Assembly: GCA_963728565.1 (NCBI GenBank)
Contig: CAVSLC010000005.1
Coordinates: forward strand, 96,001-160,000
DNA from: an uncultured delta proteobacterium
GTDB taxonomy: Bacteria; Desulfobacterota; Binatia; UBA9968
Length of the DNA: 64,000 bases
Direction: 5' to 3'
Shown: positions 52,333 to 63,747 of the stretch, piece after piece
Layout of the letters: every line of letters starts with the position of its first letter
How positions within the stretch are numbered: the first letter of the stretch is position 1
Notes under the pieces: generated by a model
Seen by the model: only the letters and a program-made list of their open reading frames with translations
Told to the model about the DNA's origin: nothing
Databases searched by the model: none
Position numbers and translations under genes: made by a program

Positions 52333-53571
52333 ATGGCGCAAACCTTTTTTAAAGTGCTAGCTCCGCAAGAGGCGTTACGTTTGCTGGTCCAGGTAAATCC
52401 CGTAGGCACAGAGCATGTTGCAACGGTTACAGCGCGCGGCCGGGTGCTCTGCGAGGATCTTCGTTCTGGGGTTGACTTGCCGCATTTTAGGCGCGCCGCA
52501 ATGGATGGCTATGCTGTTCGTTCCAAAGATACCTTCGGCGCGAGTCAGAGCCTGCCGGCTTATTTGAAACTGGTCGGGGTTGTTGAAATGGGCAAAGAGG
52601 CGATCCAGCCGGTGCAGGCGGGCGAAGCGATTCGCATTTCAACCGGCGGCATGATGCCGCCGGGAAGCGATGCCGTAGTCATGGTCGAGTATACCAACGA
52701 AGTTGAAGGCGGCCTGGTGGAGGTTCAGCGCGGTGTGTCGCCGGCGCAGAATGTCATTCAAGTCGGCGATGACATCAAAAAGGGCGAGACGGTTTTTCAA
52801 TGCGGCCGACGATTCAAGGCGCATGACATAGGCGCACTGACGGGCATCGGCATGTCTTCGGTGCCTGTGTTCAAGCGACCGCGGGTTGCGCTTATTTCCA
52901 CAGGCGACGAAATCGTCGACGCTGATGTGACACCGTTGCCAGGGCAGGTGCGCAATATCAATCAGCACTCACTGGCCGGTTTGATTACCGAGTGCGGCGC
53001 CGAATTGAAAGATTTGGGAGTCACCCCTGATGATCGGCAGCGGCTCACAACCGCGTTAACGCAAGCTTTGGATTGGGCCGACCTCGTGCTGTTGTCCGGA
53101 GGCAGCTCGATGGGCGCAAAAGATATTGCCCTTGAAACAATTCTTTCGTTTCCGGATTCGGAGTTTATCTTTCACGGCATATCGGTGGCACCAGGTAAAC
53201 CGACGATTTTTGCCAGGGCCTGCGGTAAGCCGATCATGGGACTGCCCGGATATCCGGTTTCCGCTTTGGTAATCTTTGATCTTTTCGCTGCGCCCCTGAT
53301 CCGCAGATTAGGCGGCGAAGTGATTGCGTCACACGCTCGCTTTGCTAGAACAGCCAAAGCAACCTTGAAGACCAACATTGCCTCCCAGGTCGGCCGTGAA
53401 GATTACATTCGCGTAGCTCTCGAGCAAGAATCTCAAGGACTTTTAGCGACTCCGCTACCGAATAAATCCGGCGCGATTTTCACTCTTGTGAAAGCCGACG
53501 GCATGGTGCGAATTGATCTCAACCAAGACGGTCTGGAAGCCGGAGAAGAGGTCGAAGTCATTTTGTTCTAG
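52333..53571 (+). CDS. moeA: Molybdopterin molybdo/tungsto-transferase MoeA
   Basis: AAMDGYAV; ISTGGMMPPGSDAVVMVE; ISTGDE; SGGSSMG; PGKPT; GLPGYPVS. Confidence 0.93.
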   Translation: MAQTFFKVLAPQEALRLLVQVNPVGTEHVATVTARGRVLCEDLRSGVDLPHFRRAAMDGYAVRSKDTFGASQSLPAYLKLVGVVEMGKEAIQPVQAGEAIRISTGGMMPPGSDAVVMVEYTNEVEGGLVEVQRGVSPAQNVIQVGDDIKKGETVFQCGRRFKAHDIGALTGIGMSSVPVFKRPRVALISTGDEIVDADVTPLPGQVRNINQHSLAGLITECGAELKDLGVTPDDRQRLTTALTQALDWADLVLLSGGSSMGAKDIALETILSFPDSEFIFHGISVAPGKPTIFARACGKPIMGLPGYPVSALVIFDLFAAPLIRRLGGEVIASHARFARTAKATLKTNIASQVGREDYIRVALEQESQGLLATPLPNKSGAIFTLVKADGMVRIDLNQDGLEAGEEVEVILF

Positions 53572-53682
53572 CTCTGCTGACCGCCCCCGTTTTTGTTACG
53601 AGTTGCGGGTGTCATCGTAAGCCTGATTTTCCGGAACAGAATTGTTGCAAACACGTTAGAGGATTGGATTGCCAGGAGAGTG

Positions 53683-55611
53683 ATGGCTCGCAAACGTTAT
53701 CTTAAGAAAACTCCGTTGAAGGAAGCTCAAGAACTCTTCCTGGCCAAAGTCGAGCCGTCACGCATTGGCAATGAATTTATTACGGTAGAAGAGGCTCTCG
53801 ACCGAATCACTGCAGAGCCAGTCTTCGCCAAGATTTCCTCGCCGCACTACCATGCTGCCGCCATGGACGGCATCTGCGTGCGCGCCGAAGATACTTTTGG
53901 CGCTACTGAATTCAATCCCAAAAAACTCCTTAGCGCGAGCAGCGACTCGCCAGGTCCGGACGCGTTCGCTTACGTCGATACCGGCAACTCGCTGCCACCA
54001 TGGGCGAATGCGGTAATCATGATCGAGAAAGTTCGTCAGCTCAAAGATGGGTCGTTGGAGATTTTTGAATCTGTCGGCCCCTGGAATCACGTCCGTTTGG
54101 TGGGCGAAGATGTGGTCGCGACTGAATTGCTTTTGTCGCGCTATCATCGGCTTCGTCCCTATGATCTTGGCGCTTTGCTGGCCTCCGGGCATATTCGGGT
54201 AGAGGTGAAATGCCGGCCCAAGGTCGGGATCATTCCAACCGGTGATGAGTTGATCGCTCCCGGCGAGCAACCCCAGCCCGGAGCCGTTATAGAATTCAAT
54301 TCAACAGTTCTCGCGGCGTTTGTGCGCGAATGGGGTGCAACACCGATCAAATATCCTCGCGTTAAGGACCAATCCGAGCTGCTCGAACAAGCTGTGCGCC
54401 GGGCGGCCGCTGAATGTGATCTGGTGACCATCATCGCCGGTTCTTCCGCGGGGGAACATGACTTGACGGCGGAGGTCGTGGCTGATGCGGGCGAACTCTG
54501 GGCCCATGGAATCGACATCATGCCGGGGAAGCCAGCAGTCTTGGGAGCAGTCGGCGGCAAGCCGGTAATCGGTGTTCCCGGCTACCCTGTTTCCGCCATT
54601 GTTATCGCGCGGGAAATCTTGCGGCCGGCGCTGGAGAAGTTTCTTGGAGCCGCGGCGCCATCTTATCCGCGTGTTCATGCGGTGGTGCCGAAAAAGATCG
54701 CCTCGCACCTCGGTCTGGAAGAATTCATCCGGGTGTCGATGGGGCGGGTAGGAAACAAGCTGGTGGCAGTCCCGCTTGCCAGAGGCGCAGGGGTGATTAC
54801 AACCATGGTTCATGCCGATGGATTATTACGGATTCCAAGTCTCGTCGAAGGATTAAACGAAGGTGAAGAAGTTGAGATCGATTTGCTTCGGCCTCGAGAA
54901 GATATCGAAAACACGATTCTCTGCACCGGCAGTCACGATCTTGCCATCGGTGTAATCGAAGATCAACTTAAGCAGCATCATCCGGAACTCAAGATCGCCG
55001 CTGCGAATGTTGGCAGCCTTGGCGGTTTGCTTGCGCTGCAGCGCGGCGAGACCCATTTGGCCGGCACACATCTGCTCGACCCGGAGACCGGCGTTTACAA
55101 TATTGCTGATATCAGACGAACGATTCCTAAACTGCCGGTGACGCTTGTGCACCTTGCGCAGCGCGAACAAGGGATAGTCGTTGCTCGCGGTAATCCTAAA
55201 TCGGTCGGCAGCCTGAGCGATCTCACCTCTGGAATTCGATTCGTCAATCGGCAAGCGGGATCCGGGACTCGCGTGCTGTTAGACTTTGAGCTCAAGAGAC
55301 TGGGGATTAGTCCGAGCTCAATAAATGGCTATGAACGGGAAGAGTTCACGCATATGTCTGTAGGGGTTGCGATCGCCAGTGGCCTGGCGGACGCTGGTCT
55401 CGCGGTGCGGGCTGCTGCGCAAGCGCTGGGGCTCGACTTTATACCGATCGCCAGTGAACAGTACGACTTGCTGTTTTCCCGCCCCTTTTTCGAATCGGAG
55501 CGCGGCCAGCGGCTGATGTCGGTGCTTCGATCCGGTGCATTCAAAAACGCTGTGGCCGCTCTGGGCGGATATGATAGTAGCGCTTCCGGTAAGGTACTCT
55601 ACCAACAATAG
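53683..55611 (+). CDS. moeA: MoeA paralog fused to a C-terminal periplasmic-binding-protein (molybdate/tungstate-binding) domain
   Basis: AAMDGI; PTGDE; PGKP; GVPGYPVS; then GSHD, VGSLGGL, AGTHLLD and FVNRQAGSGTRVLLD. Confidence 0.92.
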   Translation: MARKRYLKKTPLKEAQELFLAKVEPSRIGNEFITVEEALDRITAEPVFAKISSPHYHAAAMDGICVRAEDTFGATEFNPKKLLSASSDSPGPDAFAYVDTGNSLPPWANAVIMIEKVRQLKDGSLEIFESVGPWNHVRLVGEDVVATELLLSRYHRLRPYDLGALLASGHIRVEVKCRPKVGIIPTGDELIAPGEQPQPGAVIEFNSTVLAAFVREWGATPIKYPRVKDQSELLEQAVRRAAAECDLVTIIAGSSAGEHDLTAEVVADAGELWAHGIDIMPGKPAVLGAVGGKPVIGVPGYPVSAIVIAREILRPALEKFLGAAAPSYPRVHAVVPKKIASHLGLEEFIRVSMGRVGNKLVAVPLARGAGVITTMVHADGLLRIPSLVEGLNEGEEVEIDLLRPREDIENTILCTGSHDLAIGVIEDQLKQHHPELKIAAANVGSLGGLLALQRGETHLAGTHLLDPETGVYNIADIRRTIPKLPVTLVHLAQREQGIVVARGNPKSVGSLSDLTSGIRFVNRQAGSGTRVLLDFELKRLGISPSSINGYEREEFTHMSVGVAIASGLADAGLAVRAAAQALGLDFIPIASEQYDLLFSRPFFESERGQRLMSVLRSGAFKNAVAALGGYDSSASGKVLYQQ

Positions 55612-55856
55612 CTATGGTGATTTTAGGTCGGTTCGCACAAATCGACCGTGTGCTGGACCGGTAACCCTCAGTGCCTATGGCGTTCACTAAGACGCAATGG
55701 CGCTTAAGAGACGTCACTAAATAACTGATCGGTTCCTGATACCGTTTCCTTACTGACGACCTCTGCGTCGCGCCGTCGCAGATTGTCCAGATTTGTCCAC
55801 CCCCGCCTTCGCAGTCTTGTTCGCGATCGTAAATCGCTTTTTATCTCAAATACTTA

Positions 55857-55895
55857 GGCTGCTGACGCAATGGCATTGCCATTGCGTCAGCAGCC
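55857..55895. promoter_or_regulatory. 39-bp palindrome containing sigma54-type motifs on both strands
   Basis: ggctgctgacgcaatggca-t-tgccattgcgtcagcagcc; plus strand TGGCATTGCCATTGCG, minus strand TGGCAATGCCATTGCG. Confidence 0.65.
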
Positions 55896-55916
55896 CCCGG
55901 GAGTTTCTTCAGATTC

Positions 55917-56147
55917 ATGGACCAGAAGTTCGAGAGTATTCGTTTACTGACGCTCGACGAGGCTGCGGCACTGCTTCAGGTCTCCAAGCGCACTCTCCAC
56001 CGGATGATCAAAATCAACGAGCTGCCGGCGTTCAAGGTCGGCGGTCAGTGGCGGGTGCGAGAGAGTCAACTTAGGCAATGGGTTGAACATCGAGAATCCA
56101 GCGGGTCCGAACGAGAAAGAAAAGACGATTTCGGAGAGAATCGTTAA
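55917..56147 (+). CDS. Small excisionase/MerR-like (BldC-like) HTH DNA-binding protein
   Basis: LLTLDEAAALLQVSKRTLHRMIKINELPAFKVGGQWRV. Confidence 0.88.
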   Translation: MDQKFESIRLLTLDEAAALLQVSKRTLHRMIKINELPAFKVGGQWRVRESQLRQWVEHRESSGSERERKDDFGENR

Positions 56148-56317
56148 TCTCTCACCAGACCTGGATGCTTTACTCGTAGAAATCCAACGAAGATGAATAT
56201 GTCGTAATCGGCCGGGAGATGTATCGCTCTCGCGCGTCTTGGACGTGACAGAATCGGTCGGTAGATCTTTGCTGGCAGATAAACACCGTAAGAACTGACG
56301 TTGCAGACGTAGTAGAG

Positions 56318-59300
56318 ATGCCCAAACTTAAGAGCTTGGCCACCCCCAGAAGCTTCGCGCGACCGAAACCTTCCGCCGCCCTGCAAGGCTTGTGGGAATT
56401 TCTGCCTTCCGGCGAATCATTGCCGGCCCCCGTCTGGCAAACCCGGCACCGATTTTTACTTCGACTTACGTGGCTTCATGCGTTGCTGATCGCAGTGATT
56501 GCGGTCGTATTTGGTGATAGCTGGGAATTTACCCTTGCGGCCCTCGTTCGCGATGGCACAGTGCTCCGTACGACCGCGGAAGCGATGATAGTGGGTCTTT
56601 TCGCGAGCGTTGCCGCTCTAACCACCGGCCGTGCTCTTCCGTCTGTAGCGGTTGGTTTTGGCCTTATAAGCGCCTCCGCAATTCTCGTTCAACTCTCCGG
56701 TGGCGCCATCGAGTTTCACTTTCACTTTTTTGTGGTGCTTGCCTTTTTGGCGCTATATCAGGATCGGATTTCGTACCTCCTGGTTCTTGTCTATCTGGTG
56801 ATTTACCACGTTCTTGTCGGTGCGATGTGGCCTCACCACGTTTATAACCATCCGGCGGCTTTGGCTGCTCCGTTGAAGTGGGCCGCCATCCATTCTTTTT
56901 TTTTCATCGCGGCGGCGGTCGGCAACATGTCCGCCTGGCGCTTCAATCAGAAGGCATTCGCGGAAAGCACCTTAATCCTCAATTCTGCGGGCGAAGGAAT
57001 TTTTGGAATTGACCTGCAGCAAAGAATTCTCTTCATGAATTCGGCAGCGGCGGAACTCCTGAATTGTCAAGCGGACGAAGTGCTTGGAAAAACGACGCAG
57101 CAGATACTGCGCCACACGCGCGCAGACGGCAGTGAGTTTTCCAACCAGCCCTCGTCCATTGTCGCTTCGTTAAGAGACGGTGCCAAGCACCAGGCCGCCG
57201 ATGAGCTATTTTGGCGCATTGACGGCACGAGCTTTCCGGTCGAATACAAGTGCGCTCCAATTTTTGAGCGAAACGCGTTGGCGGGAACAATAGTAACGTT
57301 TAGCGATATCAGCAAGCTAAAGAGCAGAGAGACGGCCTTGCGCGAGAGCGAAGAGCGGTTTCGTCAGATTGCCGAAAACGTCAAAGAGGTTTTTTGGATT
57401 ACGGACCCGTCGAATAACGAAAAGCTTTACATCAGCCCCGCATATCGCGAAATTTGGGGACGCGATCCAGCCAAGATCGGTTCTTTATCTAAATCCTGGC
57501 TGGGCCTGCTTCATAAAGATGATCGCACTCGGGTACTTGAAGCGGTAAGCACGAAGCAGTTTACGGGGCAGTACAGCGAGGAGTATCGGATCGTCCGCGA
57601 TGACGGCTCTGTACGTTGGATCAAGGATCGCGCTTTCCCGGTGCGGAGCGAGTCTGGAGAGATTTACCGCATGGTCGGGTTAGCGGCAGATATCACCGAA
57701 CCTAAGCAGGCACAGCAAGATTTGCTGGACCGGTACACTGAGCTGGCGGTTCTGCACGATGTGAGCCAAGCGATCTTGAGCGCTACAGATCTGGAGCCTG
57801 TTTTGGAAAACATTGTCGATCGAGTGCTCGCCACTCTCTCGCTCGACATTGGTAATATTCGCTTGTTTGAGCCTATCGGCGGTACGCCAATCGGAATTTA
57901 TCGAGGCTATGGCAATCAAGAGAATACCCGCGTTTACGCCGACATGAAGAACTCCAGAAGCGATGCTCTTTCAATGCGGATCATCGAGTCGGGAAAAAGT
58001 CTAGTACTGGAAAATCTCGCCGCAGGGGACGGGCTACTTGCCTTTACAAAGGAACAGGTGTGCTCGGCTATTGTGGTGCCGATCATCCTGGAACGAGAGA
58101 CGCTCGGAATGATGGAGGTGGGAAGCCGCAGGCCCTCAACGTTCAGGCCCCAAGACGTTCGTCTGCTGAATGCGATCGGCAACCAAGTGGGCCTCGCCAT
58201 TCAGAAGGCCCGGCTTCTCCACGACACCGAGCGGCGCGCCAATGAACAGGGAGCTCTCAATCTTATCGCCAAAGCTATCAGCCAGTCGCTTCGTACCGAT
58301 GAACTTCTGAAGATTGCGTTGGAAAAAGTCTTCGAAGTGACCGGACGCGAGCGCCTATCAATAAGGCTCAAGAATTCCGCTAATAACGGCATGACCTTGG
58401 CGGCGCACCGGGGGTTTTTGCCGGAGGAGACCGAAGAACTGGTTCGGCCGTCAACCGACTCCATCATCCGTGACGTGTTTGCAAGCGGGCAGCCGCTAGT
58501 TATTAACAATTCTCCCGCAATCGGGAACTCCGAAGAACTGTTACCGCAAAAAAATCCGGCCGGCATGATTCCGATAAAAGCTGGCACTCATGTGGTGGGT
58601 ATCTTGGCGGTATCTGCCGCCCGGCCGGTTCCTTTCGAACTGCGCGAATTGGAACTATTGGAGGCTATCGGAAACATGATCGGTGTGGCGCTCGAAAAGG
58701 CGCGACTGTTCAGTGAAACCGAGGCACGTTATCGAGAACTCAAGACGCTGCAGGCGATTAGTGCCACTATTCTCGAAACTCTTGATGTAACAGTCATGAT
58801 GGAGCGAATCCTTGACAAGGCATTTGAGGTCGGCAGGTTCGATTGCGGCGTGATTCGCCTGCTCGACCGCGACCCTAATAGGTTAAGACTGGTGGCCAGC
58901 CGTGGACATCGCGACCATGAAGGCATCGTCAACCACTATGAAACCAGTGGGCAAAAGTCCACCGCAAGAATTATCGCCGAGGTAATGGCCAGCAAGCAGA
59001 CCAAGGTTAAGGACCTGAGTGCATCAGACGGCATGCGCACGTTTAGACGAGAAGGAGTGTGCACGGTCGTGGCTATTCCGCTCCACACCCAGAACGACGT
59101 GCTGGGGATTATTCAGCTCGGTAGCCGGGCAATCAGAGAGTTTCAGGAGAGTGAGTTGCGAGTTTTCGACGCCATCGGCGGCCAGGCTGGAATCGCCATT
59201 CAAAAGGCTCGGCTCTACGAAGAAAGCCAACAGGCACAGGCGGCGCTGAGAGAGAAGGCTGCGCAGTTGACTCTCTCCAATACAGATCTTCAGCATTCAA

Positions 59301-60076
59301 CCGAGGAGGTAAAATCGGCGAAAGAGAAACTTGAACGGGTGAACAGTTTGCTAACCGTCCAGGCGGCTGAACTGGCTCGCTCCAATACCGAGTTGGAGCA
59401 ATTTGCCTATGTGGCATCGCACGATTTACAAGAGCCGTTAAGAATGGTCGCGAGCTATGTGCAACTGCTTGCCCGGCGCTACAAGGACAAACTCGACAGC
59501 GAGGCCGAAGAATTCATCGGCTTTGCGGTGGATGGGTCCAAGCGCATGCAGGACCTGATCCAGGCTTTGCTTGCTTACTCGCGTATCGGAACCAAGGGCC
59601 GCCAGTTTGAGCCGACAAACTGTGAGGTTGTTCTTCAAACCGCTCTCAAGAATTTGCAGATCGCCATCGAAGACAGTCAGGCGAGAATAACTCACGACCC
59701 TCTGCCGACCGTCATGGGCGATGCCATTCAACTCGGGCAGCTCTTCCAGAATTTGGTCGGTAACGCGATTAAATTTCGCGGTGAAAAGCCTCCTTCCGTC
59801 CATGTGACGGCGGAGCGGCAGGCTGCCGACTGGCTGTTCTCATTTCGCGACGATGGAATCGGAATTGACTCTCAGTATGCGCAGCGGATCTTCGTGATCT
59901 TTCAGCGCTTGCATACCAAGGAGGAATATCCCGGTACGGGGATCGGTCTCGCGCTGTGCAAAAAGATCGTTGAACGACACAACGGGCGAATCTGGGTGGA
60001 GTCAGAGCCGCACAAGGGCTCGACCTTTCGCTTTACGTTGCCGGGGGAATCCGCTGAAGGAGATAAACCCTTATGA
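56318..60076 (+). CDS. Sensor histidine kinase: His-rich membrane domain, 2 PAS, 3 GAF, Cph1-type HisKA/HATPase
   Basis: EFHFHFF TM region; [13 protein letters not shown]; [13 protein letters not shown]; three GAF repeats; [14 protein letters not shown]; GTGIGLA. Confidence 0.92.
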   Translation: MPKLKSLATPRSFARPKPSAALQGLWEFLPSGESLPAPVWQTRHRFLLRLTWLHALLIAVIAVVFGDSWEFTLAALVRDGTVLRTTAEAMIVGLFASVAALTTGRALPSVAVGFGLISASAILVQLSGGAIEFHFHFFVVLAFLALYQDRISYLLVLVYLVIYHVLVGAMWPHHVYNHPAALAAPLKWAAIHSFFFIAAAVGNMSAWRFNQKAFAESTLILNSAGEGIFGIDLQQRILFMNSAAAELLNCQADEVLGKTTQQILRHTRADGSEFSNQPSSIVASLRDGAKHQAADELFWRIDGTSFPVEYKCAPIFERNALAGTIVTFSDISKLKSRETALRESEERFRQIAENVKEVFWITDPSNNEKLYISPAYREIWGRDPAKIGSLSKSWLGLLHKDDRTRVLEAVSTKQFTGQYSEEYRIVRDDGSVRWIKDRAFPVRSESGEIYRMVGLAADITEPKQAQQDLLDRYTELAVLHDVSQAILSATDLEPVLENIVDRVLATLSLDIGNIRLFEPIGGTPIGIYRGYGNQENTRVYADMKNSRSDALSMRIIESGKSLVLENLAAGDGLLAFTKEQVCSAIVVPIILERETLGMMEVGSRRPSTFRPQDVRLLNAIGNQVGLAIQKARLLHDTERRANEQGALNLIAKAISQSLRTDELLKIALEKVFEVTGRERLSIRLKNSANNGMTLAAHRGFLPEETEELVRPSTDSIIRDVFASGQPLVINNSPAIGNSEELLPQKNPAGMIPIKAGTHVVGILAVSAARPVPFELRELELLEAIGNMIGVALEKARLFSETEARYRELKTLQAISATILETLDVTVMMERILDKAFEVGRFDCGVIRLLDRDPNRLRLVASRGHRDHEGIVNHYETSGQKSTARIIAEVMASKQTKVKDLSASDGMRTFRREGVCTVVAIPLHTQNDVLGIIQLGSRAIREFQESELRVFDAIGGQAGIAIQKARLYEESQQAQAALREKAAQLTLSNTDLQHSTEEVKSAKEKLERVNSLLTVQAAELARSNTELEQFAYVASHDLQEPLRMVASYVQLLARRYKDKLDSEAEEFIGFAVDGSKRMQDLIQALLAYSRIGTKGRQFEPTNCEVVLQTALKNLQIAIEDSQARITHDPLPTVMGDAIQLGQLFQNLVGNAIKFRGEKPPSVHVTAERQAADWLFSFRDDGIGIDSQYAQRIFVIFQRLHTKEEYPGTGIGLALCKKIVERHNGRIWVESEPHKGSTFRFTLPGESAEGDKPL

Positions 60077-60525
60077 GTGTGTATAACGGCTGCATTCAGG
60101 TACTGCTGGTAGAAGACAATCCCGGCGATGTCCGACTGACGAAAGAAGCCTTGAAGGAAGGCAAGCTGCTGAATCAATTGACGGTCGTTGGCGATGGAGT
60201 GGAGGCGCTCTCATTTCTTCGCAAGCAGGGTATATACGCCGACGCGCCTCAACCGGAACTGATTCTTCTGGATTTGAATTTGCCGAAAAAGGACGGCAGG
60301 GAGGTTCTAGCCGAAATCAAAGCCGATCCCAAGCTTCGGCGAATTCCTGTTGTTGTACTTACAACATCTTCCTCGGAAGAGGACATACTCAAAATCTACG
60401 ATTTGCATGCCAACTGCTACATCACAAAACCGGTGGATCTCGAACAATTTATGGGAGTGGTGAAGTCCATCGAAGATTTCTGGGTGAGCGTTGTCAAATT
60501 GCCGTCGCACGAGGCGGCTAAGTGA
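60073..60525 (+). CDS. Single-domain response regulator (Rcp1-like)
   Basis: LLVEDNPGD; [13 protein letters not shown]; VVLTTS; ANCYITKP; overlaps the kinase stop codon. Confidence 0.93.
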   Translation: MSVYNGCIQVLLVEDNPGDVRLTKEALKEGKLLNQLTVVGDGVEALSFLRKQGIYADAPQPELILLDLNLPKKDGREVLAEIKADPKLRRIPVVVLTTSSSEEDILKIYDLHANCYITKPVDLEQFMGVVKSIEDFWVSVVKLPSHEAAK

Positions 60526-62159
60526 GCAGCGCGCCTATTCATGTACTGTTGATCGAAGACAATCCGGGCGACGCCCGACTTCTACGCGCGCTCTTGCAAG
60601 AGACGGGAAGCCCGCAATTCGAACTGGTTCACGCGGAACGGTTTAGCGACGCCTTAACGCGGCTGAGCGAGCGGCGATTTGACGTAGTGTTATTGGATCT
60701 TTCGCTTCCCGACGCGCAGGGTATCGAGACGATCAGCCGTTTGGGCGCCCAGGCGGAAGGCACGCCGATTGTAATTTTGACCGGTCTCAATGATGAGGAG
60801 ATTGCCATCAGAGCGCTGCAACAGGGAGCGCAAGATTATCTCGTCAAGGGGCAGGCGGACGGTCAGTTGTTGGCGCGTGCTCTGCGATACTCGATTGAGC
60901 GACATAAAGCCGAAGAGAGTCTGAAAGCACGAAATCGAGAACTGATGGTGCTGAGGAAAATCAGCGAGGCCATATTGGCATCATTGGACCTCAATTCAGT
61001 GCTCGAACACATTCTTGAGCAGGCGATTTTTATAGGTTCGTTCGACCTGGGTAATATCCGACTGCTTCAATCCAACGGTGATACGCTTCAGGTGGTGGTT
61101 GTTCGTGGCTACCGGGATCCGGAAAACGTCGCGAGCCACCGCGCAATCTCCCGCAACAGCGCCACCGCGCAATCCTCTCATTTCAAGGACCAACTATTTC
61201 AGCGGCCGTGCGTGGAGGAATCGGTGCAAAGCTGCGGCGGTTTAAGAACTTTCAAAAAGGAGGGGGTGCAATCGTTCGTCCAGGTGCCGGTTCGCGCCGA
61301 TGGCGCGGTCCTGGGAATTATTCAATTGGCAACGCGAACGCCGCGCAAGTTCAAAAACGAGGAAGTGAGTCTGTGGGATACCATCGGCAATCATGTGGGA
61401 GTTGCGGTGCAGCGAGCGCAGCTTTATGAGGAGACCAAGCGGCAAGCGCGCGAGCTCGAGAAGGCAAGCAAGCTGCAAGCCGACTTCTCGGCAATGATCG
61501 CTCATGATCTGCGGTCCCCGCTGATGAACATTACCGGAGTAACGGAGGTAATGTTGGACGGGATGTTCGGCCCTGTGACCGAGGAGCAAAAAAAATGGTT
61601 GTTACGGGTTCAAGCCAACAGTCACAATCTGATTGACCTAGTGAGCGACTTTCTTGATCTGTCCAAACTAGAGTCTGGCTACGTCAATGTCAGCAAGCAG
61701 GTCGTCAGTGTCACCGACCTGGTTCGAAAAAGCATCGAGAGCTTCCAGATGGTGGCGCAGAACAAAAAAGTGACCGTTGCGGAGGCGATCGATGCGTCGC
61801 TACCATCGATTCTGGCCGATCCGCAGCGCCTGGAGCAAGTCTTAAGTAATCTAATCAGTAACGCCATCAAATTTACTGGCGACGGCGGAGAGGTAAAGGT
61901 CGGGGCAGATTTCGCTAAGACGAGGAGCATTCGGGTTTGGGTTCAGGATAGCGGCGAAGGCATTCCCAGCGAGGAGATAGGTGAGCTTTTCCAAAAATAT
62001 CGACAGGGAGGGAATGCCAACAATTCCAATCACAAGGGTACCGGGCTCGGCCTAGTGATCTGCAAAATGATTGTAGAAGCCCACGGCGGGACAATATGGG
62101 CCGAGAGCGAACAGGGCCACGGGAGCATCTTTTCTTTCTCGCTGCCGATTGACGCTTAA
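60522..62159 (+). CDS. REC-GAF-histidine kinase
   Basis: LLDLSLPD; GAQDYLVK; GAF; AHDLRSPL; NLISNAIKF; GTGLGL. Confidence 0.92.
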   Translation: MSSAPIHVLLIEDNPGDARLLRALLQETGSPQFELVHAERFSDALTRLSERRFDVVLLDLSLPDAQGIETISRLGAQAEGTPIVILTGLNDEEIAIRALQQGAQDYLVKGQADGQLLARALRYSIERHKAEESLKARNRELMVLRKISEAILASLDLNSVLEHILEQAIFIGSFDLGNIRLLQSNGDTLQVVVVRGYRDPENVASHRAISRNSATAQSSHFKDQLFQRPCVEESVQSCGGLRTFKKEGVQSFVQVPVRADGAVLGIIQLATRTPRKFKNEEVSLWDTIGNHVGVAVQRAQLYEETKRQARELEKASKLQADFSAMIAHDLRSPLMNITGVTEVMLDGMFGPVTEEQKKWLLRVQANSHNLIDLVSDFLDLSKLESGYVNVSKQVVSVTDLVRKSIESFQMVAQNKKVTVAEAIDASLPSILADPQRLEQVLSNLISNAIKFTGDGGEVKVGADFAKTRSIRVWVQDSGEGIPSEEIGELFQKYRQGGNANNSNHKGTGLGLVICKMIVEAHGGTIWAESEQGHGSIFSFSLPIDA

Positions 62160-62182
62160 GCCATCGCGCCTCACATTTAAAG

Positions 62183-63736
62183 TCACACCGGCATCAGGCC
62201 ATGTTTCTTCCTTGGTCGCTCTTCTCTTTTGTTGCGTAGTATCTCTAGAGAACGAATCAGCCGCCGGCGGGTCTCCGCCGGACGAACGGCTGCGTGCGCA
62301 AACTGTTTGGACAAGGCTTCAAAGGGGCCGCTAAAGCGCTCCTGGAACTCGGCGATCTTCTCTCTGCGCGTTTGCTCCGGATCCGCTGATCGTTCGATTT
62401 CTCTTTTATAAAGAACGTTGACCGCTCCGCCGCCACCCATCACCGCGAGCTCGACGCCTGGCCAAACGAACAACTGATCGGCGCCCATTTCACGGGTACA
62501 GAGCGCCTGTTTGGCGCCCCCATAGCCCTTGCGTAAGACAACAGTGATCTTTGGCACCGTCGCCTCGGCATATGCGTAAAGCATCTTAGCGCCGTGGCGA
62601 ATGATGCCTTTTTCTTCCTGTTGTCTTCCGGGAAAAAATCCCGGTACGTCCATCAGTGTGATGATAGGAACATTGAAGGCATCGCAGAAACGAATGAAAC
62701 GAGCGGCTTTATCGGATGCGTCGACATCCAAACTGCCGGCGAGAAACATTGGCTGATTGGCGACGAACCCGACCGGGTGCCCGTCCAACCTGCCGAAGCC
62801 GATCACCAGATTGCGCGCGAATTTCGCTTTCAACTCGAGAAAATCATTATCATCGACGATCGCTTTGATGACTTGTAGAATATTGTAGGCGCGGCGCATA
62901 TCATCTGGGACGATTTGGTTGAGCGAATCGAGGCTGCGCTCCGGATTATCGCTGTTGGATTTGTGCGGCGGCGGCGATTCAAAATTGGCTGGCAAGAAAC
63001 CGAGCAGCCGGCGAACTGTCGCGAGACATTCTTGATCGCTTTTGACCACCAAGTCCGCGACGCCTGAGACTTCGGAGTGAATCTTGGCGCCACCTAACTC
63101 TTCCATGGTGACGGTCTCGCCGAGAACTTCTTTGATCACGGCCGGACCGGTGATGAACATCTGGCTGGAATTCTGGACCATTAAAATGAAATCCGTAAGC
63201 GCCGGCGAATAGGAGCCGACGCCAATACACGGCCCCATAATTGCGGAGATCTGCGGGATGCAGCCTGATGCGATACTGTTCTCGAAAAAGATCTTGCCGA
63301 TGGCGGAAGTGACCGAAAGTCCCTCCTGAATTCGTGCTCCCGCGGAGTCATTAAGACCGATCAGAGGAACGCCCAGTCTGCGCGCCGTCTGAATCACGTA
63401 GGCGATCTTTTCCGCGTGGGCGCTGCCAACACTTCCGGCCATGATGGATCGATCCTGTGAGAAAACATAAACCGGGCGGCCGTCGATCTTTCCGAAACCG
63501 GTCACTACGCCGTCGGACGGCTGTTTTCGCTCTGCCATGCCGAAGTCTGTACATTGCGTTTCCGCCAGCATGAACTCCTCGACGAACGTGCCGGGATCAA
63601 GAAGCGTCTCGACTCGTTCTCGCGCGGTGAGCCTGTCCTCGTCGGGTTGTTTGCCGGCCGCTTTTGCAGCGCCTTCGATGGCTTTTTTTTCTAACGCGGT
63701 AAGTTTTTTTTCGAGATCGTCTCTGGAATTAGCCAT
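62183..63736 (-). CDS. Acyl-CoA carboxyltransferase (methylmalonyl-CoA decarboxylase alpha / PccB-like)
   Basis: TARERVETLLD; DSAGARIQEG; MFITGP; RFIRFCDAFN; DVPGF; GIIRHGAK; RPRKKHG. ATG 63736 preferred. Confidence 0.92.
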   Translation of the reverse strand: MANSRDDLEKKLTALEKKAIEGAAKAAGKQPDEDRLTARERVETLLDPGTFVEEFMLAETQCTDFGMAERKQPSDGVVTGFGKIDGRPVYVFSQDRSIMAGSVGSAHAEKIAYVIQTARRLGVPLIGLNDSAGARIQEGLSVTSAIGKIFFENSIASGCIPQISAIMGPCIGVGSYSPALTDFILMVQNSSQMFITGPAVIKEVLGETVTMEELGGAKIHSEVSGVADLVVKSDQECLATVRRLLGFLPANFESPPPHKSNSDNPERSLDSLNQIVPDDMRRAYNILQVIKAIVDDNDFLELKAKFARNLVIGFGRLDGHPVGFVANQPMFLAGSLDVDASDKAARFIRFCDAFNVPIITLMDVPGFFPGRQQEEKGIIRHGAKMLYAYAEATVPKITVVLRKGYGGAKQALCTREMGADQLFVWPGVELAVMGGGGAVNVLYKREIERSADPEQTRREKIAEFQERFSGPFEALSKQFAHAAVRPAETRRRLIRSLEILRNKREERPRKKHGLMPV

Positions 63737-63747
63737 AATGGTTCCCG

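Noticed and set aside
56318-60525. Bacteriophytochrome/Cph1 light sensor
   Set aside because: Only the kinase core and Rcp1-like partner resemble it; there is no PAS-GAF-PHY module or DIP/PASDIP chromophore motif.
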